From the NCBI GenBank assembly GCA_047495785.1, contig JBLDXI010000011.1, forward strand, positions 1,674,001 through 1,738,000: a stretch of DNA of 64,000 nucleotides. Direction: 5' to 3'. This DNA is from Lepidodermella squamata (Eukaryota; Animalia; Gastrotricha). Within the stretch, counting starts at the first letter, position 1, and every line of letters starts with the position of its first letter. Below the pieces are notes generated by a model. The model saw only the letters and a program-made list of their open reading frames with translations. It did no database searches and was not told the origin of the DNA. Shown here one piece after another: positions 11,901-24,315 of the stretch. Both the position numbers and the translations under genes were made by a program.

Positions 11901-12535
11901 CAAACATCTTAACTTTTGAGTCGCGAGTGCGCGCGCTTCACTCGGCGCTCAAAATCTAAGGTGAACGTAAAACTTCAATCGATAGAGAATTGTACAAATA
12001 ATCTGTTGGTATAAAAACTGACACGACATTTGAAAGCAACCCTTTAACATCGTCGCGCGCGGTATCAAGTTTGTTAAAAATAATGTAACTCATGCGCGGG
12101 GGTCAAGTCCTGATTTTTACAAACTTGATACCGCGCGCGACGATGTTAAAGGATTGCCAAAAGATTATTTGTACAATTCTCTATCGATTGAATATTGGGT
12201 TTTCGCGCGAATTATTTAAAATAAAAAGGTTTTACGTGCACCTCAGATTTTGAGCGCCGAGTGAGAGCGCGCGCACTCGCGACTCAAAAGTTGAGATGCA
12301 AGTACAAATTTTTCCCGCGAGATATCTTTGTCTATTCGATAGAGAATTGTCTGAATTATTTTTTGGTATAAAAACCGCTCAAATAATCAAAACTTGTGCT
12401 TCGACTTGACCGCACGCGGCCTTTGGATTTCCAAAATGTTCGACTTGGCGTTCGCTCACAAGTCAACTTTTACCCTCCGATTGCGCAACCGGCGCTTTGG
12501 GGCCGGACGGAACTAATATGGGCCCGGAATTGAGC
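11901..12535. mobile_element. Palindromic non-autonomous element carrying the same right TIR as the MULE at 46020-50751
   Basis: ~400-bp imperfect palindrome at 11905-12298. It ends ggccggacggaactaatatgggcccggaattgagc, matching 50716-50751. Left TIR not found. Confidence 0.7.
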
Positions 12536-12679
12536 TGTAGAACAAGTAGAACAATGAAAACCAGAAGAACAATGTAGACAGGGCAGAGAAAGAGTTGGGT
12601 AATCTCGGATTAACGGGTCTCACTCGTGCGGCCATTTGCGTTCGAGGTGCCAAAAGTATCGTGCGAAGCAAATATACGA

Positions 12680-12962
12680 ATTCCTCCCGCAGTCATCCCG
12701 CACATCCCGCAGTTCATCATGTGGACGTCCACGTGTATTGCAGCGTGATAAAAATTTCTCTGCATTCTCCCATACAAAAAATAGTGTGCATATGTTAATG
12801 ATTTTGCGAGAAGATGAATGCTTACTCATTGATACTGGCAAAAAATCATGTTTGTAGGGTGGGCCGGGTGGGATATAGCTTATCCCGCACCCTTATCCCG
12901 CAGTCCCGCAGTCATCCCGCAGTCCCGCATCACGTGAACAAACTGCGGGATGCTGCGGGAGG
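12680..12962. repeat. Cluster of TCCCGCA(G) repeats, probably subterminal repeats of a DNA element
   Basis: About 8 direct tcccgca copies and 2 inverted tgcggga copies; the ends gaattcctcccgcag / ctgcgggaggaattt are inverted. Confidence 0.6.
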
Positions 12963-13535
12963 AATTTCTAAAATATAGCTGGGCGGCGCGGCAACAGTGC
13001 TTGGGCGACCTTGGCTCAAGACCATGGTCGATCAATCCAGTGTCGAGCAGTGTGTCGTATGCCGTAAGTTATACCTATGGCAAAACTAGGAGATTGCCGG
13101 CCCGTCGCATCCTGGTCGACCAGACCGCGATGTGGTCGCTTTCGGACTTGGGTCGTAACAGTATCGTGTTTCAATTTTTGGCGCGCGTCTTTCTTTGCTC
13201 TTTCGTGCGCTTGATTGATGTTTTTGTTTTTGATGAGTTACGCTTAAACCCATTTATAATCTCTAAACGTTGTGTAAATCGTCAAAATCTTTTGCCCTTT
13301 ACCCCGCCTTTTCTTCTAATCAATATCATAGTGTTCTGAGAATTCATTCTTGGACATCATAATGTTAAAGCACCTGCCACAGTAGTCATTTGATTCAATC
13401 GTAGAGTGCAATTCTGCCAAAGGAAGGAGCTCGCATCCCTGAAAACATTAAAAATCACGCTGGATGTTGTGGTATTGAGTATCTTTTGTTGGTTAATAAG
13501 TTCAAATATATTCATAGATATACAGTTAATTAAAA

Positions 13536-15002
13536 ATGATTCTAGGAAACTTGCGCCTACTATCACTGGCGACTAAACGATTTCGTGTCGACCGTCGTCA
13601 TGCTCTTCTAACGCCAAAGCTTAATACGGGTCAAAACTCATTCGTCATTTTCCAGCGTTCCTTCTCAGCCGCGCCATCCAATAATGCCTGGCTTGACTTT
13701 GTTAAACGAATCACACTGGGCGAAATTGCCGGTTCTGCTGTCGTGCTTGTTATTGGTAGTATCCCACTTAACTACGCCTATGTTAGATATAAGGATGCGG
13801 AAGCGATGAAACGTCGTTTAGAACAAGGCTGTGGCGCATATTTAGACACGGACAACCGAGTTTTCATTGACCGTCCAGAGTTGGAGAAGGATTTACAACT
13901 CTTGATAACGCCACATACACCGGCCTTGGCTGAAAGTTATTTCCTCATTACTGGAGAGTATGGCACAGGCAAGACGATTGCGGTTAAGAAAGCGTGTCGA
14001 TCTATTGGGAGTGGTGTGATTTACGTGTCTGTTCCTAAGCATGCCTCCCTATTCGCCTCAGCTTTCGCCAAAGCTACCGCCTACAAAACTGAAAGTAGAG
14101 TTTCACGCTCTCATTTATTTGTGCTACATTTGTTCTTATATAGGTAATGAAGTAAACTTGAGCGATATTTACCGTGCGTTCAAAGAAACGGCGAAGTGGT
14201 ACAAGGCGAAATATCATAAAGTACCTGTTCTTGTCATTGACAACGTGAATATCATGGCAAAAGATGATCCAAAAATGTTAGAAGTGCTTCAAGAAGGCGC
14301 AAAAGACGCTATTGACCATCGCCAATTCGTTACTGTATTTGTATCATCCGATAGCGTGACGCCTCAGCAAATTACGAGTTCGTTTATGCAAAGTACGATT
14401 CATTTCAGTAATTGCTAACTGTTTTTTGTATTCAATAGACAGAAATGCCTTTTCGCGTGGGAGGTTGTATCGCGTAGCCGATATGAATCAAGACCAAGTG
14501 TTCGAGTACCTTCAGAAACGTGGCGTGGAGAACACTGATGGTACGCTCTACTCGCGCGTCTTCGCCCTTGTCGGTGGACGTCCGTTAGAGTTGAGCGGAG
14601 TCTCTGCTAACCTGATAGATGGAAAATCGTTTCAAGGTACTCACTTGTACTTTGCTCTTCTATATGTAAACATTAATGCGTGTTTTTATAGACGTGAAGA
14701 AGGCGCTATTTACAGATGTGCGGAATCACATCCAACAATGCTGGAATACTTATGAAGATAAAGCTATCCTGCAAGCTATTTTTGAATGCACAAATGCGAA
14801 ATCAGTGTGCTCCGTCATAGATGTCGAACGACATCTGAAGAAGGCTGGTAATACTGTCAACGTTGAGAATATTATAATTGTCTCAGACAGAATGACTTCG
14901 GCAAACTTGCTTTCAAAGGTTGCAGAGAAGACCTGGACTTTTCATTCAAACGTTCAGAGGTCCTACTTTAAGGAACACCCACAGGTTACGATCATGTCAT
15001 GA
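13536..15002 (+). CDS. P-loop NTPase copy 3 (short splice type, ~433 aa; ancestral 55-nt intron 3)
   Basis: Exons 13536-14094, 14144-14377, 14439-14636 and 14692-15002 in frame; GEYGTGKT and VLVIDN; its exon 4 is the most divergent. Confidence 0.75.
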
Positions 15003-15239
15003 TGAGCATGGCGTGATGACTTTGTTGTTTCTCCTGACGCCAGTCCTTAATAGTTTCAATAAACAAAATGCTTAGCGATGATTTAACGTGTTATTTATTG
15101 TCAATTTATATGTGCGTAAATATGTGGCAACGAACTTATTATTCGGATTGTGAATTAAATGAATGACGCAAATAAGAGAAACCAAAAGCCAACAACAAAA
15201 AATATATGCGATTGAATATTAACTCTTTTGAGGTTTTTA

Positions 15240-18161
15240 CTCCTATTTGTGCCCTGCTTGCGCTACTGCGGCAGTACACTTACTTACTTGTCATTCGATG
15301 GCCGGCGGTCAAGCTACTGACCGTCGCTGGAAGAGAGGTGGCAAGTCGAAGAAGCAGAAGGAGCTTCCTGCGTTCTCGCTGTTCAAGGCGCTGAAAGGCC
15401 TTGAGTCAAGGCCCTTGACACCTCCGATGTTGCCAAGGTGCTGAAACTGATCAACTCAATCAAAGTTTCGAAAAACTGTCCTGAGACCCTGTCCGTTATT
15501 GGCGAGGTCCACATGGCTGATGACTCCATCGACTCCATCGACGATCCGCCGCTGGTCAACCGTGGCGCGTTTGCGGCCGCTCACCAGCCCCCGCCGACAG
15601 CCCTAACGGCCCCTGTTGCCCCTGTTGCCCCTGTCGTCCCGCCGAGTCGGAGTACTCCTCCTGCGGGTGCTGCAACCGGGCCTGCCACGCCTGCAAACAC
15701 CGGCGCGTTCCGCACTGTCATCATCGACAACGTGCATGGCGTTCGACGGAGCGAACTTGAGCCCCAGCTCTATGCGGCTGTCCCGTGGCTGCGACCCGAA
15801 ACTGTCATCGTAATGGCTAGCGGCGGCTTGCGGGTCATCTGCAAGTCGGCTGTCGATGCCAAACGCCTTCTGGATCGGGACGGATTTACACCCGGCGCCT
15901 TTCGGGGCTCGGGGCAACCCAAGAGATCATCGGTCAACATCCACCGCCGGCTGCGTGTCAACCGCCTGCTAACCCTGCCATTCGTAACCAGTTCCTGTCG
16001 CCTGATGGCGCTCGTCTGTTTGAAATGCTGGATGCTCGGCTGAAGCAGTGTGAAGAGAAAGAGGGGGCTGTCAGTCAGCGTCTTATGCGGCTCCAAAGCG
16101 CCTTCCTTGAAGTCACGGACCTTGTGAAGACTGTTTTAGATCAATTTCATCCGGTAGCACTCTTATTAATGAATCCTTCTTTTAGTCTCTTCCTTCTCCT
16201 TGAACGGGTATGCTACCTTCCGCTGTGATAGGGCACAGGACCTTGCAACAGCCTTGCTTGGCGACGCGCATGGCGGTTCGGCGATCCTGGTTCGCAAAGG
16301 GACGGTTGTTGTGTCTGAGCAGAAGCTGGCCTTGACTGGGGCGAAGAGAAGTGAGTGGCTCCGTCTCGACCTGTTGCCTGACCATCGTAGCGAAGTCGTG
16401 CGTGTGATCACCGGCTACAGTCCCCCCACGTCTAGTCTCGACCTGCGGTGGCTTGAAGAGGAGTTTGCTGATGCTGCCCGCCTCGGCCTCCCGTGCTTCT
16501 TCAGCGGCGACCTCAATGCGAAATCTCCGTTGTGGGGGAAGAAAGATCGTTGGAACGCCAGCGGCTTTTCGCTCCGCCATGCTGCAACCCGACTCGGCCT
16601 CACGATCTTGCCCACACCGAAACCCACTCGCCTTCACCTCGACACTGGCACCTTGTCAACCCTCGATGTTTGGGTCCTTAACGACGCCGCACTGCGCTTG
16701 CTGCGCGTTGGTGTGATTGTTGGCGATAGGTACACCAGCGATCATTATACGACCTCTATATCTGTCGATTTTCCGGTTGGCAGACGCCCACCTGCATTTG
16801 ACCATCCCGCTCCTGACCCGTTCCCGCGCTTCGATGTCTCCCGCGCTGACCGTCTCGGCTTTTCGCGTACGCTGATCGAGAAGTTGATTGCGATTCCTAT
16901 GCCTGTTCTCGGTGACCCGTTCCCGCGTCTTGTCGAGTATCGCCGCTCCGTCACCCGCGCTGTAGCCGACTCCCGTGACCGTCACGTGCCCGTCTGCGAG
17001 CCAGGGGAGCTGCGGAGGCTTGCTATGAGCCAGGAGATGCGTCAGATCATCAAGGAGAAGCGCATTCTGGAGAGAGCCCTGGGCGACCATGTCGACCGCT
17101 ACCTGTGGGTTCTTCTCATGGCCCTTGACGCCCGTTTTCGTGATGCGAAGCAAGCCCATCAACTCCGCCGAGATGTCGCCAACCTTCGAATGGTAGAAGC
17201 TCTGTCAGCTCAACGCCGCTACCGCGAAGCCTGGGAGCGACTCAACCGTCTCGACAAGCACCGCCCGCAGCGCTCGACTGGTCCTATGATGAAGCTTGAT
17301 GATGGTAGCGTCCTAGAGCCGTCCGTCGAGCTCGCTGATGTCCTTCTCGATCAGTTTGTGAAGCCCATGACGCCATTCACCGACCCTGCTGCCGACGCCT
17401 ATCTGAAGCAACAGTGGGCTGACATCGAACAGTTCGGCGCCTCTGATCCAGACCTACAACGCACTGACCGCCTTCAGCTTCCAGCCCCGGGCGAGTTCTC
17501 CGTCAGTCAGCGCATGGTTGCCGATGCTGTGGTTGGATGGTATCAGCCCCGTCTTCTACAAGTGGGGTGGACCGGTGCTGCAGCGCCACCTCCGGCACAT
17601 GTTCAACCTGAGCCTCGGATCGCGCTTCGTATTGCCCGACTGGAAGGAAGCTGCTGTGATACCCGTGCCGAAAGCTGGCAAGCCGTTAGGAGCTGTCTCA
17701 TCCCAGCGGTCGATCTCGTTGTTACCCGTCGACGGCAAGCTGTTGGAGTTCATCGTGGCGCGTTGGTTGGGCGAGTGTTTGGAGAGCCACCACGCCCTGC
17801 CCGACAACCAGCCCGACATGCCTCCAGGAGTGAAGTGATGCCATTCGCGTGGCGCAGCTACGCTGCCCGACTAACACTCGATGGCTCGGCGATCCCGCAA
17901 GTCCCTGTCATGCCCATCCTTGGTGTCCATCTTGATGCTAAGTTGACCTGGAAGGCCCACATGGACCGCGTTATCACCCGCTGCACTAGCAATTTATCGC
18001 ATTTTCGCAGTGTCTGTCGAGCCCCTGGCCTTTCTCGCCGGTGGCGCCGAACCGCGTATCTAAGTCTCGTTCGAACCACGTCAACATATGGTAACATCGT
18101 TTTCTGCACTGCACCCAAGCGGCAACTCAAGCGCCTTCATGTCCTTCAGAACGATTGCAAA
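15240..18161 (+). mobile_element. GC-rich, internally deleted LINE (Jockey/I-like): ORF1 remnant, APE endonuclease, partial RT
   Basis: GDLNAKSPLWG, STLDV and TSDHY (APE); WKEAAVIPVPKAGK...RSISLL (RT start); ILGVHLDAKLTW (post-RT). The FADD core is missing. Confidence 0.85.
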
Positions 18162-18729
18162 TAAGACTAACAAAAAGCCAACAATATAGGCTAATAGTTA
18201 AGGAAACGTAAGGTTAAAAGTGGAAAGTCCTGTCGATGTCTTTGTGCTTTTTAGTGTTATATTTAGGACTTCGTTATGACTCATATCAATGGTTGCGGAC
18301 TTTGAATCTTTTGGAGGATTTGTTGTAGGAACAGTAAAACGTCGAGCAGGGTAATGACGGTCTGCAACTTCTTGTATATTATGTTGGATGCATAGAACGT
18401 TTTCTTCAAGGCGGCTTTCACTATCTCTGACATAATCCTTGACATAGTCATAGTTGTGTCATCTCCTTAAGGGGTATGATTGTCCACATAAGATGATGAT
18501 ATGTATTCCAACGCTTGATTAACTGTAGAGGTTGAAAGAAAACATGCGCCCTTCATGAAGTGGTCAAAGTGTTACAGCCTTCCTTTCGTATCTGCAATTG
18601 ACGTTGTCCTAATAATAACTCAATATGCATCAACCATTTCTTGAACTGTATCTACGTTATACGTAACACTGTGGGTATACCTTAGAACCGTGAGTTGATA
18701 TCTGCGTATAGATTTTCGATTTCTAAGGC

Positions 18730-21700
18730 GGGAGACGCTGTTTTTGTCCCCCGCTGTGTTTTAATAGTGATTTTAAATCAACTATTACCCAGTGTTTGGC
18801 GAGGCTCATGGCGTCCCCAGAACTGAAGAATTTCCGATTCGACACGGTGAAGAACGGAGTTAGCGGGCAGCTGACGTTGAAAGACATCGTAGCGGCTCTC
18901 AACCAGTTTCGTGACCTTTTCGTGGGCTGTCTCGAAAGCCTCCAGAAGAAAGTGGAAGACACGTTCGGTCCGGAAGGCTCTATCAAGGCCGAACTAGCGA
19001 CCAAGAGAAGATGTTCACCGGGCGGATTGACGAGTTAGCGAAGAAGGTGGAGGAGCTTGCTCCAAAGTAATCCGAAAGGAAAGCGAAGAGGATAAGGTCG
19101 TCTTCGACGGCTACTTCCTCAGAAAATGACGGGCAACGAGGGAAAACAAAGAGGCGGCGAGGTGGCAGCTGCGAGCGTGCAACATCCAGGGCTACCGGGA
19201 GGAGAAGCGAGATGTCATGACAAATTTGGTCTATGAGGGTGACATGTGCGGTTTCGCTGAAACATGGAAACTGGAATCTGAACTACCTGACTTCGATGGT
19301 TACGAAAAGTTTGTCTCATCGGGAAAACGCGTGGGCAAAGGAAGACTGTCTGGCGGTGAAGCGGTCTACATCAAGAAAGAGCTAGAAAAACTTTGCAAGT
19401 TTGTGTGCAAGTTTATGTGGAGTATGCGATTGCAATTTCGACCACTGGGGGTGGACGCAGAACCTTGATCGGCTGGTTATACCGGCATGAAGATCCGACC
19501 TGCTGGGAAGAGTTTGACGACAGGATTCGGGAACTAAGTGACAACCATGACGCAGTACTGCTACTTGGTGATTTTAACTGCCGGCTCGGATGGGACAGCG
19601 ACGCTCCTGGAAAAATCTGCGCACTTCTGCCTGAATGGGTAACAGACGACGACCTCTCGCTAGCTGAATTTCTGAACTTTGTTAATTGCAATAATTTGGT
19701 CGTGGTAAACGGTAGAGTGACACTGCAGCAAAGTCGTCTGGTTACACGACCCGCAAGTGGGTCGGTGGTGGATTACGCCCTGATCAACGACGACAGTTTT
19801 GACATGATCAGCGAGATGGCGATCGAAAACTGCAGAATATCTGACCACAACGCGCTGAAAGTTAGCATTGAATTGGAATCAACATGTCCCGAACGCATTC
19901 GAATTGACGGCAAACGGTTCAAATTGGAGGTTAGGAATTTCGCAAAACGATTGGATGGTAGTGAAACAGTCTCGGCCCTATCTCGTGGCCTGTTGTCCAT
20001 GGCTGAAAACTCACAGAAGATGAATTGGAACTGGAGATGGCGAAAACCGGAAGCTACGGCTGTACCTCGCTCGAGCAAATTGGCGCTTTTGTCTGATGAA
20101 GGATAGGTTGAAATGCTTAGTCGAAAAGCCCAACAAGGTCTGGGAGCTGAAGCGTAAGGAAGGAAGACAACAAATGCCACCGGTAGAAGTTTTTCACTGT
20201 CACCTGATGAAGGCACTAGGCGGTGGAAATTCATCTATTCTGAGGGAAAAGAAACTGACTGCTACTCTTGAGAAAATGGCTGTCACTGCAGTGAAGCGAA
20301 TCGCTATCGACGACGGTGTTTCCACCAAATTGATCAAACTGGATGCTCTAAGTGCTTGGTCCAACCCGTTCACGAATGCGATGAAGCCCAGCGAGAGTTC
20401 GGCGAAACTACCCGATGGCCGTGTGATTCGAAGGGAAATGATTCTAGATCTGATTTCGGTTGATGGAATAAAAGCTGCGATTGAGAGATGTGCTAGCGTA
20501 TCTGCGGCTGGCCTTGATGGTATTGGATATCAACATGTCCGAGCTAGCATTGAAGTCATGGCTCCGATGCTGAGCAAGATCTACACGGGTATTTTGAACT
20601 GGCAACCGTACCCGAAAGAGTGGAAAACCGCCTTCTTCAAACCGGTCTTCAAACAGGGAGACTCAAATGACCCGAACAACTACCTACCGATATCATTGCA
20701 ACCCTGCGTTGCAAATGTTTTCTCGAAAATTCTGGATGTTCGGTTGAGAGAATGGCTGAGTCTGTTTTCGAAATTGCAAAAGTGCTAATTCGGATTCCAG
20801 GAGTGCTGCTCAACATTAGGCGCGGTAATGGGTAATGGTGCTGAACGCTGTTATGGCCTATCGGCGCGAGCGTCATCCACGTGTATATGCAACTTTTGTC
20901 GACTTTACCTCGGCGTTCGATAAGATCAACCGCAACCTTTTGTTCAAGAAGCTCGATCGACGCGGCGTGCCGCTTCAACTCGTTGCTTCAATGTATGATG
21001 ACACAAAAGCGGCTGTATCAGTGGGCGATGAGATCTCGGCTACCTTCGATGTTCAGGATGGAGTGAAGCAGGGCGACCCTCTGTCGTCGCTGTTGTTTTG
21101 CGTCTACATTGACGACATGGAGGAAGCGCTGGAAATGCCAGGCGTAGCTGGTTTGCCTATCGGCATCAAGAGCGTGAGGTGTATTCTGTTCGCAGACGAT
21201 GTGGTCATACTGTCGGCCCATCGACACGAAATGGAAGGGTATTTGTATCGACTGCTAAAGTACGAAAAGGACAACTGGTTGACAGTCAACAGACGGAAAA
21301 CAAAGTACGTCATTTCGCCAAATTAGACTGAAACTGCTGAGGCTTACCGGGCTCTTGCCAAGCTTATTTGAAAAATTCAACGAGTTGCCGATTGCAAGCC
21401 TCAGACTGCTGAATAAGGGGGTCGTACTGGCGGCTGGTCTTTACGCGCGGAGTTATGGGGCCTTGATAGGCAATCAGCTATTCCGCCTTTGCATTGCAAG
21501 ATGATCAAGAGAGCTTACCGACTGCCTACATGTACCAGCCAAAGGTTGCTGGAGAGAGAGCTATGGTTGCCCGTCGCGAATACGGAGAGAAAAAACTCCG
21601 CGATTAGATTCTATTTTCGAATAAGAGACGAATGGGAGAGACGATAGTCTGTTGCGAACAGCATACCTGACACAGCTGATGTCAATGTCACGAAGAATGT

Positions 21701-21835
21701 ACAACAAGGTACTTCGAGCGGAGTTGAAGTTAGGAAACATCGGACCAACCGGCCTGACGAAACCTGGTATTAACGCGGCCGCCGCGAAGGCTGTTTTCAG
21801 AAACATGTACACGGCAATCGCAAGAAAGGAGAAGG
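18730..21835 (+). mobile_element. Near full-length degenerate LINE (APE + RT) with frameshifts
   Basis: FAETW, LLGDFNCRLG, SVVDYALI, SDHNAL; WKTAFFKPVFKQGD, FVDFTSAFD, GVKQGDPLSSLLF, ILFADDVVIL. Confidence 0.9.
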
Positions 21836-21836
21836 A

Positions 21837-23067
21837 GAAAATTTATCCCTCGCGAAAATTAATTGCACGCGAAAAAAAATCCCTCGTGAAAGAAAATCGC
21901 TCGCAGAGATTACGTAATTCTAAACGATTTGAAAAGCTGTCTTGGGCACCAGGCACCTGCGAGACTAGTTGGTCATATCATGCTCATTTCCTAGCAGCGT
22001 GAAAAACTGCTTGAGCTGAAAGTGGATGCTGCGAGGCGCTGCTGATTGGCTGAGACGACTAAGCCAATCAAATCTGGTTTAACTGGTGGTCGATTGTCCA
22101 TCAAGTGGTTATCAATCGAGCCGCGCGCGTAATTAGTGCGCCATTGTAGATCGAGTAGTCGATTAAGCGCGCCTTCGCACTTTCTCTACACAGCTATCAA
22201 TTTCGCAACCAGCCGCTATTGCTCGCATAACCGGAACGACATGCGCACGAGTTACGAGAATTACGGGCCCTCCTTAGATTGCGCAATCAGAGGGTAAATG
22301 TGGATTTTTGCGAAAACACAAACTCAAATTATCATTTCTGGACCGCACGCGCTATTGACAGAAAGATACTGCTGATTGTTTTGGCGGTTATTATACTCTG
22401 ATAACATTCAGACAATTCTCTATCGAATAGATATAGGTTTCTCGGATATAGGATAGGATAGGATAGGATAGGATAGGATAGGAATAGATATAGGAATAAT
22501 GGGAAAATCTTACGCGCGACTTCAATTTCGTTCTCAGGCGAGACAGCGCGCTCTTATCCTGTGCGCAAATTTTGAGGTGCGCGTAAAACTTATTTTCATG
22601 ATTTTTTCACGCGAGAACCATATATCTATTCGATAGCGAATTGTTGGTATTATTTTGTAGGATGAAAACCGACGCGATGTTTGGAAGTAATTCTTTGAAA
22701 TCCGCGCGCGCGCGGTCTAGAACTTGTTAAAAATCAGGACTAAGAAAAGTGAACTGATGCGCGCGCTTGTGAGGAATCCAAGTGCGCGCGCGCCAAGTCC
22801 TGATTGGCAACCAATTAGCGAGCCGGAATTGAGTGCACGCGCAACGTAATCGCCACGCGCGAGCTGTAGTTGTTACGCGAAATGCACATAACTTTTACCG
22901 AGATCGCCGTATCCTCACGAATTCAAGATTTTCGCGAAAATTACTGTTTTATTACGCAATTATCCAAGGATCGCCCTCGCGAATTTAAAATTTCGCGAAA
23001 ATAGAAAATGGTCATTTTTGGGCAATTCGCGAATTCAAGATTACCGCGAAAATTAGTACGTATACAG
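21837..23067. mobile_element. Truncated composite non-autonomous DNA element(s)
   Basis: Repeated tcgcgaaa motifs and right end cgcgaaaattagtacgtatacag+TA. Absent from the paralogous interval 440-790. Internal modules shared with 11901-12535. Confidence 0.55.
22451..22490. repeat. (GGATA)n simple repeat
   Basis: Six perfect units plus degenerate ones. Confidence 0.85.
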
Positions 23068-24315
23068 TATTATTTTATTAGATCCGTCATATATTTTTCT
23101 AATTTATTTTTCTACTCCTTTGTGCCACTTGGCCCGTGTAAAACATCGCTACAGCGGTGACTCAGGTGCTGAACTCTCAACTGATGCCCAAGCATATCGC
23201 CGGGCAACTGGCGACTGGGCTCATAAATCCATCCATCCATTTCTTTCCTCTTTCGTGCGCTTGATTGATGTTTTTGTGTCAGGCAAGTTCTTACGTAGCA
23301 CTTGGAAAACGCAAGCATGTGGAATGTAGAACTGAATAGTTAAGTTCAGTTCTGTTCCTAATCCATCGTTATCAGTTTTCAGTTTCATTCCGTTTTTCTA
23401 ACTTTGCTGATTCAAGTTGTTTGGTTGCTTCAGGTGTTTACGACATTTTGTGTCTGTGATTTCATTCTCGGACATATTAATATTAAAGCACCTGCCACAA
23501 TAGTAATTTGAAACATCTTCAATCGTAGATTCGTGCTGTGCCTGCGCCTTTTTTCTTACCTTCCAAATTGCACATTTTCGTTCGTTTCATCTGGAAAAAA
23601 GGACAAAAGAAAAAGCTTTTTGTTTTCGTTTTCGTAGATAGCAATTCTGCCAAAGCAATTCTGCCAATGCAATTCTGCCTGTTTCATTCTTGGACATCAT
23701 AATATTGAAGCACCAGCCACTGTAGTCATTTCAAACATCTTCAATCGTAGCTAGCGATTCTGTCGAAAGAGAGAGCTCGCATCCATGAAAACATTAAAAA
23801 TTACGCTGGATGCTGTGGGTATTGAGTATCTTTTGTTGGTTAACAAGTTCAAATATATTCATAGATATACAATTAATTAAAAATGATTCTAGGAAACTTG
23901 CGCCTACTATCACTGGCGACTAAACGATTTCGTGTCGACCGTCGTCATGCTCTTCTAACGCCAAAGCTTAATACGACTCACAACTCATTCGTCATTTTCC
24001 GACGTTCCTTGTCAGCCGCGCCATCCAAGAATGCCTGGCTTGACTTTGTTAAACGTATCACAATCGGCCAACTTGCCGGTACTGCTGTCGTGCTTGTTAT
24101 TGGTAGTATCCCACTTAACTACGCCTATGTTGGATATAAGAATGCGGAAGCGATGAAACGTCGTTTAGAACAAGGCTGTGGCGCATATTTAGACACGGAC
24201 AACCGAGTTTTCATTGATCGTCCAGAGTTGGAGAAGGATTTACAACACTTGATAACGCCATATACACCGGCCTTGGCTGAAAGTTATTTCCTCATTACTG
24301 GAGAGTATGGCACAG

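Noticed and set aside
16200-18164. Intact 654-aa LINE ORF2
   Set aside because: The frame leaves the RT at about 17520 and the catalytic core is deleted
18270-18720. Minus-strand coding fragment
   Set aside because: It has a partly open frame with an internal stop and no recognisable motif
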